DNA of 37,453 bases from a virus (taxonomy: Duplodnaviria; Caudoviricetes), in the IMG/VR virus record IMGVR_UViG_3300037311_000047, positions 1 to 37,453 of that record; one strand, 5' to 3'. The stretch's first letter is position 1; each line of letters begins with the position of its first letter. The position numbers were made by a program, and so were the translations under genes. Shown one piece after another: positions 1 to 8,122 of the stretch. The notes below the pieces were generated by a model. It searched no databases. It was not told the origin of the DNA and saw only the letters and a program-made list of their open reading frames with translations.

Positions 1-221
1 GCATGGCCCGCTCAAAGACGGGTGCGGCGGCCATTGCGACCGGCGTGCTCGGATCGATGACGCCCATCAACGAGGCGCTTCAGGCCGCGCGATCGGCTGG
101 CGACAACGTGGCCGGGCTGATGGCGGCCGGCCCGTGGATCGTGGCCGCCATCGTCATCATCAGCGCGGCCGGGTTCATCTGGTGGGACCGCTCGCGCAAG
201 CTCAAGGAGGATGGCGTCTGA
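1..221 (+). CDS. C-terminal part of a lysis protein (probable endolysin with C-terminal hydrophobic helices), 5' truncated
   Basis: ORF ends at TGA 219-221, overlapping the next ATG; hydrophobic segment PWIVAAIVIISAAGFIWW with a basic tail; lies directly upstream of the spanin pair. No catalytic domain in the window. Confidence 0.5.
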   Translation, partial: MARSKTGAAAIATGVLGSMTPINEALQAARSAGDNVAGLMAAGPWIVAAIVIISAAGFIWWDRSRKLKEDGV

Positions 222-469
222 TGTTCGCGCTCATCCCCTGGCAAGCATGGGCCGCCCTCGCCGCGGCGGCCCTTGTGGGCGTGCTTCTCTGGGAAGCCCG
301 CGACAACGCTCTTCAGCTTGGCCGCGAGCGCGAGCGCGCCGCCGCCGAAGCTATCCACCGCAAGGCCGAAAAGGACGCCGACGATGCAACGATCACCGTG
401 GATCACTGCTATAGCCTTGGGCGCGATTGGGACCGCGCTCGCGGCCTGTGCCTCGCCAAGCGTCCTTAG
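221..469 (+). CDS. i-spanin (Rz-like)
   Basis: ATG 221 coupled to the upstream stop, with an AGGAGG RBS; N-terminal TM (WAALAAAALVGVLLW), helical Ala/Glu/Arg periplasmic part, two C-terminal Cys; overlapped by a lipoprotein gene. Confidence 0.7.
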   Translation: MFALIPWQAWAALAAAALVGVLLWEARDNALQLGRERERAAAEAIHRKAEKDADDATITVDHCYSLGRDWDRARGLCLAKRP

Positions 470-596
470 CCGGCCCTGCGGCGTCATCGACGACAGCCTG
501 ATCGGCGTCAACGCCACCACCCGCGACGGCCAACGCCGCCTCGACTCGCACTTTGAGCGCGGCGTCGCCGCCCTATGCTGGACCAGACCCCGATGA
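384..596 (+). CDS. o-spanin (Rz1-like lipoprotein)
   Basis: MQRSPWITAIALGAIGTALAAC is a signal peptide with an LAAC lipobox; starts inside the i-spanin gene in another frame (overlapped spanin layout). Confidence 0.75.
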   Translation: MQRSPWITAIALGAIGTALAACASPSVLSRPCGVIDDSLIGVNATTRDGQRRLDSHFERGVAALCWTRPR

Positions 597-925
597 CGCG
601 TGAAGGCCTGCCACTCTCCGACGATGCCGAAAAAGACGGCGGATACTTCGTCATCCCGCGCAAGGTCGCGCTGTGGAGCTTGATCCCCATCATCGCCTTC
701 CTCAGCTCGCAATGGATCGCGCTTGAGCGGCTTCAGGACCGCCAGCAGGACATGAAGATCGAGATCGACAAGCTCGCCAACGCCGCCGAAAAGCAGGCCG
801 AGCTGCGCGCCAATGCGACGGCCGACAGCGCCCGCATGAGCGAACGGATGGCGGCTCTCGAGGCCTTGATCCGAGAGACGCGCGACCTTGTGCGCGAGGC
901 CATGCGGTCGCAGCGAACTCCGTGA
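593..925 (+). CDS. Single-TM coiled-coil protein at the end of the lysis cassette
   Basis: ATGA overlap with the o-spanin stop; TM VALWSLIPIIAFLSSQWIAL followed by a heptad-rich helix. Confidence 0.65.
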   Translation: MTREGLPLSDDAEKDGGYFVIPRKVALWSLIPIIAFLSSQWIALERLQDRQQDMKIEIDKLANAAEKQAELRANATADSARMSERMAALEALIRETRDLVREAMRSQRTP

Positions 926-1069
926 ACATACGGGAAATCAGCCTGTGCGAACATCTCCTTAAAGCTTTGAGATCGCGACAAGAGCGCGCTCCCCTTGGGA
1001 GCGCCAGATTTCAGCCCGATCAATGGCTTGGAAATCGGTTCGCACGTCGGTTCGCACTCAGGGTCGCAC
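906..1069. other. attP region: tRNA 3'-end core plus integrase arm-type repeats and an IHF-like site
   Basis: CTCCCCTTGGGAGCGCCA at 989-1006 has tRNA 3' architecture (T-stem 3' strand CCCCT, 7-nt acceptor strand, discriminator G, CCA). TCGGTTCGCAC at 1035-1045 and 1047-1057, variant at 1060-1069, inverted GTGCGAAC at 945-952; GATCAATGGCTTG at 1018-1030; adjacent to the integrase 3' end. Confidence 0.75.
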
Positions 1070-2122
1070 CTTGAGCTTCACGACCTTCGCCATGCCCTCG
1101 TCGGCCATGCGGCGGCGGTTCGCCTCGCGCGTGTAGAGTTCCGCTTGTTGCAGCGTGCGATGGCCGAGGGCGGCCATGATCTGATGCGCCGTCGCCCCAT
1201 GGTCCGCCAGATCGCGTGCCAGGGATTTGCGGAGGCCGTGCAGCGTGCAGCCGGACGGCAGGCCGGCCTTTGCCGTCCAGATCGCGACATGGCCCGTCAG
1301 GCTCTTCGAGGAAAACGGCCGGCCATGCGTCGTGCTCAGGATCGTCTCACATCGGACCGGAAGCGTGCAGATCGCGGCCCACAGCTCGTCAAGGATGGGC
1401 ATCTCCATCGCCTCGCCAGTCTTGGACTGGCGAAAGACCATGACGCCGGTCGGCCTGATCGCGTCCCATCGCAGCGTCGCGACATCGGCCCGTCGATTGC
1501 CGAGCCAAAGGGCGATGGCATAGGCCGCGCGCGGCATCGTGCCGACCGGCCAATGGCGCTCAAAGGCCTCGCGCTCCTCGATCGTCCAGGCGCGCCAGCC
1601 TTCATGCTCCGGCCGGTAGCTGATGCGATGGGTCGGATCGACCTCAATCCATTCCTCATCCATCGCGGCCACGACGATCTTCCGGATGATCCCGAGCACG
1701 TGGCGCGCGGCGTGCGGCGTCTCCGATCGCTCCTGCAGGATCGCCTTGATGTGCCGGCGCTTCAAATCCGCCACCGGCGCGTCGCCCCATGCCAGGGCGC
1801 TGCCGGCCGCCACCGGCGCGCGCAAGAACGCTTCGGCAATCGCGGTCTGGCGATGGATGGTTTCGGGCTTGCCCTTGAGGCCACGCCGGGCAATGGCCCA
1901 CGCCGCCCTCAGGGAGCGCGGTACGGCCGATGATGGATGGCGAGCGACGGAGGTAGCGGCCGGCCTCGCCTGTCCCGTCAGGGCTGCCTCGTAAGCCGCG
2001 TGGAACGCCTCACTGGCGCTTGGGTCGCCGGGCAAGGCGATGAAGCGCTTGCCGAGCCTTAGGCGCCAGCGCGTGCGGCCGTGGCGGTCACGGTAAGAGG
2101 ATGCGCCGGGGAATGCCTTCAT
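1058..2122 (-). CDS. int: Tyrosine integrase
   Basis: Catalytic set R (GNRRADV), K (QSKTG), HGLRK, LGH and Y (ELYT); N-terminal arm-binding-like segment YRDRHGRTRWRLR. Confidence 0.95.
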   Translation of the reverse strand: MKAFPGASSYRDRHGRTRWRLRLGKRFIALPGDPSASEAFHAAYEAALTGQARPAATSVARHPSSAVPRSLRAAWAIARRGLKGKPETIHRQTAIAEAFLRAPVAAGSALAWGDAPVADLKRRHIKAILQERSETPHAARHVLGIIRKIVVAAMDEEWIEVDPTHRISYRPEHEGWRAWTIEEREAFERHWPVGTMPRAAYAIALWLGNRRADVATLRWDAIRPTGVMVFRQSKTGEAMEMPILDELWAAICTLPVRCETILSTTHGRPFSSKSLTGHVAIWTAKAGLPSGCTLHGLRKSLARDLADHGATAHQIMAALGHRTLQQAELYTREANRRRMADEGMAKVVKLKVRP

Positions 2123-2131
2123 GGGCCGCGA

Positions 2132-2365
2132 TCATGCCGCTTGGCCTCGCGCGGCGTCAATCGCGTTGCCCTTGGTCGGCAGCGCGGTGAAAGCTGCGTC
2201 CAGGCCGACGCGATCCCAGATCACGCGGGCGTTGACCGTGCGCGGCTTAGGCATCCGCCCATCGGCCACCATGGCGTCGAACAGCGTCGTGCTCACGCCG
2301 ACATAGCGCGCCGCCTCCTCGCGCCCCATGCCTCGCGGCGGATAGGCGAAGGCGTCAGCGGTCAT
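2132..2365 (-). CDS. xis: Excisionase / AlpA-like HTH protein
   Basis: 77 aa, PPRGMGREEAARYVGVSTTLFDAMVADGRMPKPR, immediately upstream of the integrase. Confidence 0.8.
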   Translation of the reverse strand: MTADAFAYPPRGMGREEAARYVGVSTTLFDAMVADGRMPKPRTVNARVIWDRVGLDAAFTALPTKGNAIDAARGQAA

Positions 2366-2823
2366 GGCTTGTCTCCCTTCGCCGCAGGCGGCGGCAGCAA
2401 ATTCCTCTGCGTGACGTGTTCCAGGAGCGTGCGCCCGTCATCCGCCACCATGTACGGGAGAAAGACGGCCTCGAAGCTCATCACCCCGCACTCGACCGCC
2501 GTGACCTGCCCCTTGACCCAATCGCGGATGATCGAATTGATGGCGATGAGCCCTTGGTCGAGAGCCTTCCTCTCGTAGTCGCTTCTACTGTCGCGGCGGC
2601 GCGGGGTCCACGGCTCGGCCTTCAGGCACATGGCCGCCCAGCCCTTGGCCGAGGCCCGCAGCTGGACCGGGCGACCACGGTGGGTGAACGCAACGATGAC
2701 CTCGTGCTTGGCGAAGTCGTCCATAAACCCCACGCTCTCGCACCCCATCTGGCGCAGGAGTTTCGTGGCCTCTGCCCGCGCCGCAGCGCCCGAGGTCGCG
2801 CCCGCATAGGGGACGGTGCTCAT
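2362..2823 (-). CDS. Phage hypothetical protein
   Basis: 153 aa, coupled to both neighbours by 4-nt overlaps; GGGAGAGAAGG RBS. Confidence 0.7.
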   Translation of the reverse strand: MSTVPYAGATSGAAARAEATKLLRQMGCESVGFMDDFAKHEVIVAFTHRGRPVQLRASAKGWAAMCLKAEPWTPRRRDSRSDYERKALDQGLIAINSIIRDWVKGQVTAVECGVMSFEAVFLPYMVADDGRTLLEHVTQRNLLPPPAAKGDKP

Positions 2824-3200
2824 GCCTTCTCTCCCAAATTGCCAAGCTCAAAGGCCTGCCGAGCCATGCCGATGCGCCGCGTCTCAGCCTCGCGCACCAA
2901 ATCCTCGACCCCCAATCGATAAGCCGCCGCCGCTTGCCCGATGGCATTTCGGTGCAACTGCTCGACGCGAGCCAATTCACCTTCGAGCTCTTTGATCCGC
3001 GCCTCCTGCTTGCGCCATTCGTCGGCCGCCAGATCGCATTTCTTGGCCCACAGATCGGCGTCTGCCCGCGCCTCGTCCCGCTCAAGTTCAACGCAGTCGA
3101 TAGCTTCCTCGGCTTGCTCGTAGATGCTGCTGCCGAGGACGCGCGGGCCTTCAAGGTGTCGCGCCCGCAGTCGCTTTCGCAATTCCTTGGTGTCAGTCAT
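2820..3200 (-). CDS. Hypothetical coiled-coil protein
   Basis: 126 aa, E/A/R-rich heptads, ATGA-type coupling. Confidence 0.65.
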   Translation of the reverse strand: MTDTKELRKRLRARHLEGPRVLGSSIYEQAEEAIDCVELERDEARADADLWAKKCDLAADEWRKQEARIKELEGELARVEQLHRNAIGQAAAAYRLGVEDLVREAETRRIGMARQAFELGNLGEKA

Positions 3201-3439
3201 AACCGCCCCCTAACACTGTAAAGCCACCCCGACCGATCTGCTGGCTCATAGAACTTCCCCTCCCTGCCGCATGAGTTCTCGTCTTCCGAGGTCCGTTCTT
3301 TGTAAGGGTCGGACGAGTTCGCTGCGCCAGTGACAAGGCAGCGCCCGAGCTGGGGGCGCTCGCACTGCCCAGGGATGTAGAGGGCGGGCGAATTAATTGA
3401 TGCGCGGTAGTGCTTACAGTCTTTGCAAAAGACGCTCAT
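3197..3439 (-). CDS. Small Cys-rich hypothetical protein
   Basis: 80 aa with CKDCKHY and three further Cys; coupled on both sides; more AT-rich than its neighbours by eye. Confidence 0.65.
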   Translation of the reverse strand: MSVFCKDCKHYRASINSPALYIPGQCERPQLGRCLVTGAANSSDPYKERTSEDENSCGREGKFYEPADRSGWLYSVRGRL

Positions 3440-4380
3440 GATGCCTCTCTCCTTTGCCCATCAATGAACGTGTCGCCGTTCCTCAGCATGTAGGTCGCGA
3501 CCATCGCGCTATCGTCCCATGTGGTCAGGTCGCCGGGCATCAGCGCTGGGTCGAACAGGTGAAAATCGCATCCGCGCTCCGGATCGTCCGTCGGGGCCGG
3601 GCTGAAGCGCGTGCATTGCCCTGTCGCGCCGCCGGCCATGCAAGTCCGGCAATTGCGCTGAGGCAACGTCACGCCATGGCAGAGCTCGCGCGCCGGGCAC
3701 TCGCGGCATTGCCAAAACGTCGGATCGTCCGAAAGGCGCTGCGGCGCTGTCTCCGCCGCGCCGATGCGGCGGGCGCGCTCTACCAGGCGCTCGGCCGCCA
3801 CTGGGTCCAGTTCGACCCGCTCGGCCTCGATCTCGCACGTGTCCTGATTTTCGGCCACGACCAGCGCCCGATCCAGCCCCATGCCAAGCATGTAGATTTG
3901 CGTCTGCACCCAATAGGTCGGATGGCTCGCGGCAACGCCGCGCCTGCGCCATTCGAGCCAGCGCGAGGCCTTCATCGTCTTGATCTCAAGAACGTGGCGC
4001 TTGGCTGGCGCTTCCGGAACGCCCGTCACCACGCCGTCGAGATGACCGGTCAGGGGCTGCTGGCCAGGGCCGAAATCAAAGCGCACCGCCCATGGCTCGC
4101 CTGTCTCAGGATTGACGCGCTCGACCGTGAGCCCCGCCATCTCGAGATAACGGGCGATGATCGGCTCGCGATGATGACCGCGCGCGAAGATGCGCAAGGT
4201 GCGCCCGTTGAATTCCGCCGGCGGATGCGCCCAGCGCAGGGCGTACCAGATCTGGCGGTCGCACGCCGTGCCGAGCTTGGAGGCGCGCGCGGTCATGAGC
4301 GGCCGCGGCCTGTCCGCCGCCTCGCACGCGCGGTCGATCAGGACGCTGAGGCGCGATTGCACTTGGGATATGATGGCCAT
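3436..4380 (-). CDS. Cas4-like PD-(D/E)XK exonuclease with probable Fe-S cluster
   Basis: Start reassigned to 4380 (GAGAGAGG RBS); motifs ASKLGTACDRQIWY, GHLDG, LEIKT, QTQIYM, CRECPARELC. Confidence 0.85.
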   Translation of the reverse strand: MAIISQVQSRLSVLIDRACEAADRPRPLMTARASKLGTACDRQIWYALRWAHPPAEFNGRTLRIFARGHHREPIIARYLEMAGLTVERVNPETGEPWAVRFDFGPGQQPLTGHLDGVVTGVPEAPAKRHVLEIKTMKASRWLEWRRRGVAASHPTYWVQTQIYMLGMGLDRALVVAENQDTCEIEAERVELDPVAAERLVERARRIGAAETAPQRLSDDPTFWQCRECPARELCHGVTLPQRNCRTCMAGGATGQCTRFSPAPTDDPERGCDFHLFDPALMPGDLTTWDDSAMVATYMLRNGDTFIDGQRREAS

Positions 4381-4540
4381 AGCCTCTCTCGCGGACGCGC
4401 GCCGCCGTTCGCCGCGAAGGGTCGCGGCGGCGCTTGGGTTTTGGTTCGGAAGAGGGAAGTCGCCGCCGCGCAATGTCTGTCGCGCGCCCCGCTGGGAACG
4501 GATCGTCCGTGGTTCCCAGCCACGGACTACGGCATCTCTG

Positions 4541-5083
4541 TCAGCGGCGACCGGGCCACGCCATCTTGCCGCCGCCATTGGCCGCCGGCGGCGGCGCGGC
4601 TTGGCGCTGGACGGGCGGCGCGGGCTGGCGCTGCATCGGCGCGGCTTGCTGCGGCGCGGGCGGCCCGCCTTGGGCGGGCCTATACGAGCCCCACAGGTTC
4701 TTCGGTGCATAGCGCCCGCTCGGGTCCGTCTCGACACGGGCCGATGCCTGAAACGGGATGGCATGAAGCTGTGAGGTGTCGCGCGGCGACCCTTGCAACC
4801 CGACCGCCTCGCACAAGGTCTTGAAGCGCGACAGATCGATCATGCGCTCGCCGTTCTTGGTGTTCGCCGTGCGGTCGATGTCGAAGCGGTCCCAGGATTT
4901 GCGCCCATCATAGGGCCCGCCGACGACCTCATAGGTGACGCTGATGCGCCGCCCCTGCGCGCTCTCCACCATCGCGGCGTCGCTCTCGACGATGACAAGC
5001 GTGTAAGCGCCCGCCGGCAGCGCCTCCAAAGGCTGTTGCGCTTCGACGTGGTCCCAATTCTCGAGTGTGCCCAGATCAGCCAT
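4541..5083 (-). CDS. DUF669-type single-stranded DNA-binding protein
   Basis: LPAGAYTLVIVES...YDGRKSWDRF OB-fold-like pattern, Pro/Gln tail ending in W; lies between the Sak4-like and Cas4-like genes. Confidence 0.75.
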   Translation of the reverse strand: MADLGTLENWDHVEAQQPLEALPAGAYTLVIVESDAAMVESAQGRRISVTYEVVGGPYDGRKSWDRFDIDRTANTKNGERMIDLSRFKTLCEAVGLQGSPRDTSQLHAIPFQASARVETDPSGRYAPKNLWGSYRPAQGGPPAPQQAAPMQRQPAPPVQRQAAPPPAANGGGKMAWPGRR

Positions 5084-5094
5084 GATCCCTCTCC

Positions 5095-5895
5095 TCAGGC
5101 GGCTTTGACGGCGGCGATGGGCGCAGGTTGCGCCGGCAGGAACGGCGCGAGCGCCTGATAGCCCTGCCCCTTGCGGTAGATGAGCTTCGGCGGCAGCGCA
5201 TAGCGCGAGCCGCTGATCTGGCTCGGTTTGCCTTCACAGCAAATCCAGACATTCGAGCCCTCGGCATGGGCGCGCTTCTTGTTCGGCCCGGCGTCCTCGG
5301 TCTTGATCGTGACGTCGCGCTTCAGGAGCAGGATCGCGTCCATCTCGCGTTCAAGCGTCTTTTGCGCGCGATCGTGCAGGTCGATCTCGTAGCGGTGGTA
5401 GCTCACCGTCTCCGGATCATCGAAGCGGTCCACCTTGGCGTGGCCGATGAGGACGCAGGTGATGCCGCGCCCGATGCGGAGCATGTTCAGCGCGTCCAGA
5501 AATTCATGCCAGACGTTCACGGCATAGACGTAGCCCTTGCCATAGCCGAAGTCCTCGATGCGCTGCTTGGCGTTGCCCTTGTCATCGCCGCGGCGACACG
5601 TCTCCTCGTAGATCAGCTTTTGCAGCTCGCTCAGGCTGTCGATGACGAGGGTTTGATAGTCGTGATCCTGCTCATAAAGCTCGCGCATGGCGTCCATGAC
5701 GTCGCCGAAGCTGGCCAGTTCCGCGCGGTTGAGGCCAGCGACCTCCGTTTCGTTCTCGCCATCCTCAAGCTGCAGGAAGATCGGCGACGGAAACTCGCTC
5801 GCCAGCGTCGTCTTGCCGATCTTGGGCGGGCCATAAATCAGAATGCGCGGGGGCTTGTCGGCCCGCAGCGCCTTCACCTTCTCCAGAAATCCCAT
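5095..5895 (-). CDS. Sak4-like AAA ATPase (ssDNA annealing)
   Basis: Walker A GPPKIGKT, Walker B LVIDS, IEDFGYGKGY and LIGHA motifs. Confidence 0.85.
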   Translation of the reverse strand: MGFLEKVKALRADKPPRILIYGPPKIGKTTLASEFPSPIFLQLEDGENETEVAGLNRAELASFGDVMDAMRELYEQDHDYQTLVIDSLSELQKLIYEETCRRGDDKGNAKQRIEDFGYGKGYVYAVNVWHEFLDALNMLRIGRGITCVLIGHAKVDRFDDPETVSYHRYEIDLHDRAQKTLEREMDAILLLKRDVTIKTEDAGPNKKRAHAEGSNVWICCEGKPSQISGSRYALPPKLIYRKGQGYQALAPFLPAQPAPIAAVKAA

Positions 5896-6002
5896 GTGAC
5901 ACCTCTCTCGTGATCACCCTCCCGGTGGATTGGTCCGCGCGCCGGGGACCGGGAGAGGTGACCGGGTTTTGCGCTCTCGCGAGCGTCCCCGGCGCGGGAA
6001 AC

Positions 6003-6530
6003 TCAGGCCGCCTCGGTCCCTGCCGCCACCACGCCGGCGACAGGGACCTTGGGCCGCCGTCCGCGCCGGGCCGGCGCGTCGGATGGGGGAACCGGAGCCA
6101 TCAGCACCCGGCACACATGGTCCGGCATGCCGCGCCAGGGCAGCATGGCGATGGGCCGCAAACGACGGTCATTCTCGATGACGTCGGCCTTGACGATGAC
6201 GTCCTGCAGCGCCTTGAACAGGTTATCGAAATCGGCGCGCACGCCCATTGGCATCAGGGCCACGAAGGCGATCGCGTCGGCGTCGATGCGGGCTGGCGCC
6301 TGGCGCGCCACCATAGCCAGCGCCTCGCGCTGCCACTCGACATAGCGCCGCGATGGGGCGCGGCCGCGGCCCGGCACGTTGATGAACAGGTTGTTCGCCG
6401 GGGGCGGGATGGGCAGCCAGATATCCACCTCGAAAGGGGCCGGGGCCAAAGCCCCGGCCAAGTCGAGGGAGGAAACGCCCATCAGGGCCTGGGCTCCGGC
6501 CTTCGCCGGAAGGGGAGGGGGCAGGTGCAT
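6003..6530 (-). CDS. RusA-like Holliday junction resolvase
   Basis: PPPANNLF N-terminal motif, DFDNLFKALQD and IENDR; start position uncertain. Confidence 0.75.
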   Translation of the reverse strand: MHLPPPLPAKAGAQALMGVSSLDLAGALAPAPFEVDIWLPIPPPANNLFINVPGRGRAPSRRYVEWQREALAMVARQAPARIDADAIAFVALMPMGVRADFDNLFKALQDVIVKADVIENDRRLRPIAMLPWRGMPDHVCRVLMAPVPPSDAPARRGRRPKVPVAGVVAAGTEAA

Positions 6531-6787
6531 CAGGCGGACCTCCGCCTCAACGCGCGCTTCACCCGAAAGTAAGCCGCCAGTCGCCTCGGGCTGGCGACGC
6601 GCTCAAACATCGTCCACGCCGCATTGCAGGTGGCCTGAGCGGCTTCCAGAGCCTCGCGCCCGTAAAGAACCGGCACCTGAGCCGCGCCATCAACCCTTGG
6701 CGCATGCAGAAATTGGCCCGCCCGACAGACGGCGGCGTGGTATTGATCCTCTGCCTTGGCAATTTCAAAGAAGGACGGGCGCATCAC
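6530..6787 (-). CDS. Hypothetical protein
   Basis: 85 aa, coupled on both sides within the cro operon. Confidence 0.55.
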   Translation of the reverse strand: MMRPSFFEIAKAEDQYHAAVCRAGQFLHAPRVDGAAQVPVLYGREALEAAQATCNAAWTMFERVASPRRLAAYFRVKRALRRRSA

Positions 6788-7005
6788 GCCGCCCTCGCAA
6801 CAGGAGCGGACCAGTCGCGCGCCAGAGCCAGGGCAGCGTCCAAATCCGCCATGATGGCGGCGGCGCGGAAGCCGGCCCGCACGAGCGCCTGAATGGCCCG
6901 CGCCTCGTCAGCCACGGCATCAGCCGACAGGATCACCGCCGCCATCTGCCCCTCGCGCTCGGAGGCCTTGGCCGCCTCCTGCCTCGCCAGCGCCTGCACG
7001 CTCAT
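6784..7005 (-). CDS. Hypothetical Ala-rich protein
   Basis: 73 aa, GGAGAGG RBS, coupled to the cro stop. Confidence 0.6.
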   Translation of the reverse strand: MSVQALARQEAAKASEREGQMAAVILSADAVADEARAIQALVRAGFRAAAIMADLDAALALARDWSAPVARAA

Positions 7006-7268
7006 GCCGCCTCTCCGTTAAGCATGTCGAAGGAATTTCCTTGCAGTCGCGGGGCATCAGCCAATGCTTCAGGCGCGGCAAACAGATCAGGACGAAGCTC
7101 ATGGCGTCCGATGCCAGTCACACGCTCCACATCAATCACGCGCTCAGCCGGGATGCGGCCCAGCGACCACCGCGTCACCGTGGCCTTGTTCACGCCAAGG
7201 GCGCAGGCGAGCCCGGTGAGGCTCAGTCCTTTCTGGCGCAGGGCGATTTGAAGGGCCGTTTTGTTCAT
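7002..7268 (-). CDS. cro: Cro-like (YdaS-type) HTH repressor
   Basis: LTGLACALGVNKATVTRW...IPAERVIDVERVTGIGRHELRPDLF; divergent from the cI-like gene; start at MNKTAL. Confidence 0.8.
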   Translation of the reverse strand: MNKTALQIALRQKGLSLTGLACALGVNKATVTRWSLGRIPAERVIDVERVTGIGRHELRPDLFAAPEALADAPRLQGNSFDMLNGEAA

Positions 7269-7274
7269 GGGGCG

Positions 7275-7330
7275 GATAGTTGCGCAACTCGCAACAAACG
7301 TCAAGCGGAAAAGTTGCGCATGCCGATAAC
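7275..7330 (-). promoter_or_regulatory. Leftward lytic promoter with operators
   Basis: Minus strand reads CTTGAC-GTTT-GTTGCGAGTTGCGCAACTATC (7305-7275); a second GTTGC-type site lies at 7311-7330. Confidence 0.75.
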
Positions 7331-7364
7331 GACTTTCGCGGCCGCTCGGGGCGATGCTTCTGAC

Positions 7365-7697
7365 ATGTCAGACGTCACGCGCATCCATCGTCAGAAGCAG
7401 CCCAACCGGCCGCACCACATCCGCGATTGGGCGGACAGGCGGCACATGTCGCAATCGGACATCGTCGAAGCTTTGGGCGCCGACAAAAGCGTCGTCTCGC
7501 GCTGGTTCTCCGGCGCGACGCCCTCCGAGCGCTGGCAAGATGCGCTGGCCGAGATTTTCCACTGCGACAGCCGCGAGAGCTTGTTTCGTCATCCTGACGA
7601 TGATTGGATTGCGGCCTTTTTACAGGGGCGCTCGCGCGATGAAATCGAGCGCATCAAGGCGACGTTAGAGGCGGCTTTCCCCAAGAAGGTGGCGTGA
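7365..7697 (+). CDS. CI-like XRE HTH repressor without S24 peptidase domain
   Basis: HIRDWADRRHMSQSDIVEALGADKSVVSRWFSG HTH; about 110 aa; alternative start at 7320. Confidence 0.8.
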   Translation: MSDVTRIHRQKQPNRPHHIRDWADRRHMSQSDIVEALGADKSVVSRWFSGATPSERWQDALAEIFHCDSRESLFRHPDDDWIAAFLQGRSRDEIERIKATLEAAFPKKVA

Positions 7698-8023
7698 CGA
7701 CGATGATGAACCATCGGGCGCTTAAAGTTGTGACCATTGTCGCCGTCGCCATCGCGCTCGCATCCGCCGCGTGCCGACCGCGCATGATCGAACAACTGTC
7801 CTTCTCCGAAATTCGAGAACTTCGCGCCGAGATTGATCGACGGTGCGCCGCGCAAAAGGCCGGGCCGGGGACCAAAGACTACGAGGAATGTTTTATCGCG
7901 GAAACGCGCCGCGAGGACGCGAACCGCCGCGACACCGCGCGCCGCCTGGATGCCGTCGCCGACAGCCTCAGCCGACGGCCGATCACCTGCACCACCGTCG
8001 GCACGGTGACGAACTGCTGGTGA
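7694..8023 (+). CDS. Lipoprotein co-transcribed with the repressor
   Basis: Basic N-terminus, hydrophobic stretch, SAAC lipobox, four further Cys. Confidence 0.65.
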   Translation: MTTMMNHRALKVVTIVAVAIALASAACRPRMIEQLSFSEIRELRAEIDRRCAAQKAGPGTKDYEECFIAETRREDANRRDTARRLDAVADSLSRRPITCTTVGTVTNCW

Positions 8024-8037
8024 GCACCCCGACCAAC

Positions 8038-8095
8038 GAAAAGTTGCACGTTGCGCAATTAGCTCTTGACCATGGTTGCGAGTTGCGCAACTATC
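8038..8095 (+). promoter_or_regulatory. Rightward lytic promoter with operators
   Basis: CTTGAC-CATG-GTTGCGAGTTGCGCAACTATC (8065-8095); its 21 bp at 8075-8095 are the exact reverse complement of 7275-7295; second site at 8041-8060. Confidence 0.75.
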
Positions 8096-8122
8096 ACCTC
8101 ACTCACACGAGAGAGGTGACGC

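Noticed and set aside
989-1006. Complete tRNA gene
   Set aside because: Only the last 18 nt are tRNA-like; there is no D arm, anticodon arm or TTCGA upstream.
3436-4380. Cas4-like gene as evidence of a CRISPR system
   Set aside because: No array or other cas genes are present; the Sak4/SSB context indicates a phage recombination nuclease.
4381-4764. 128-aa N-terminal extension of the Cas4-like ORF in the track
   Set aside because: It overlaps the DUF669 gene and is Arg/Pro-rich noise; a good RBS supports the start at 4380.
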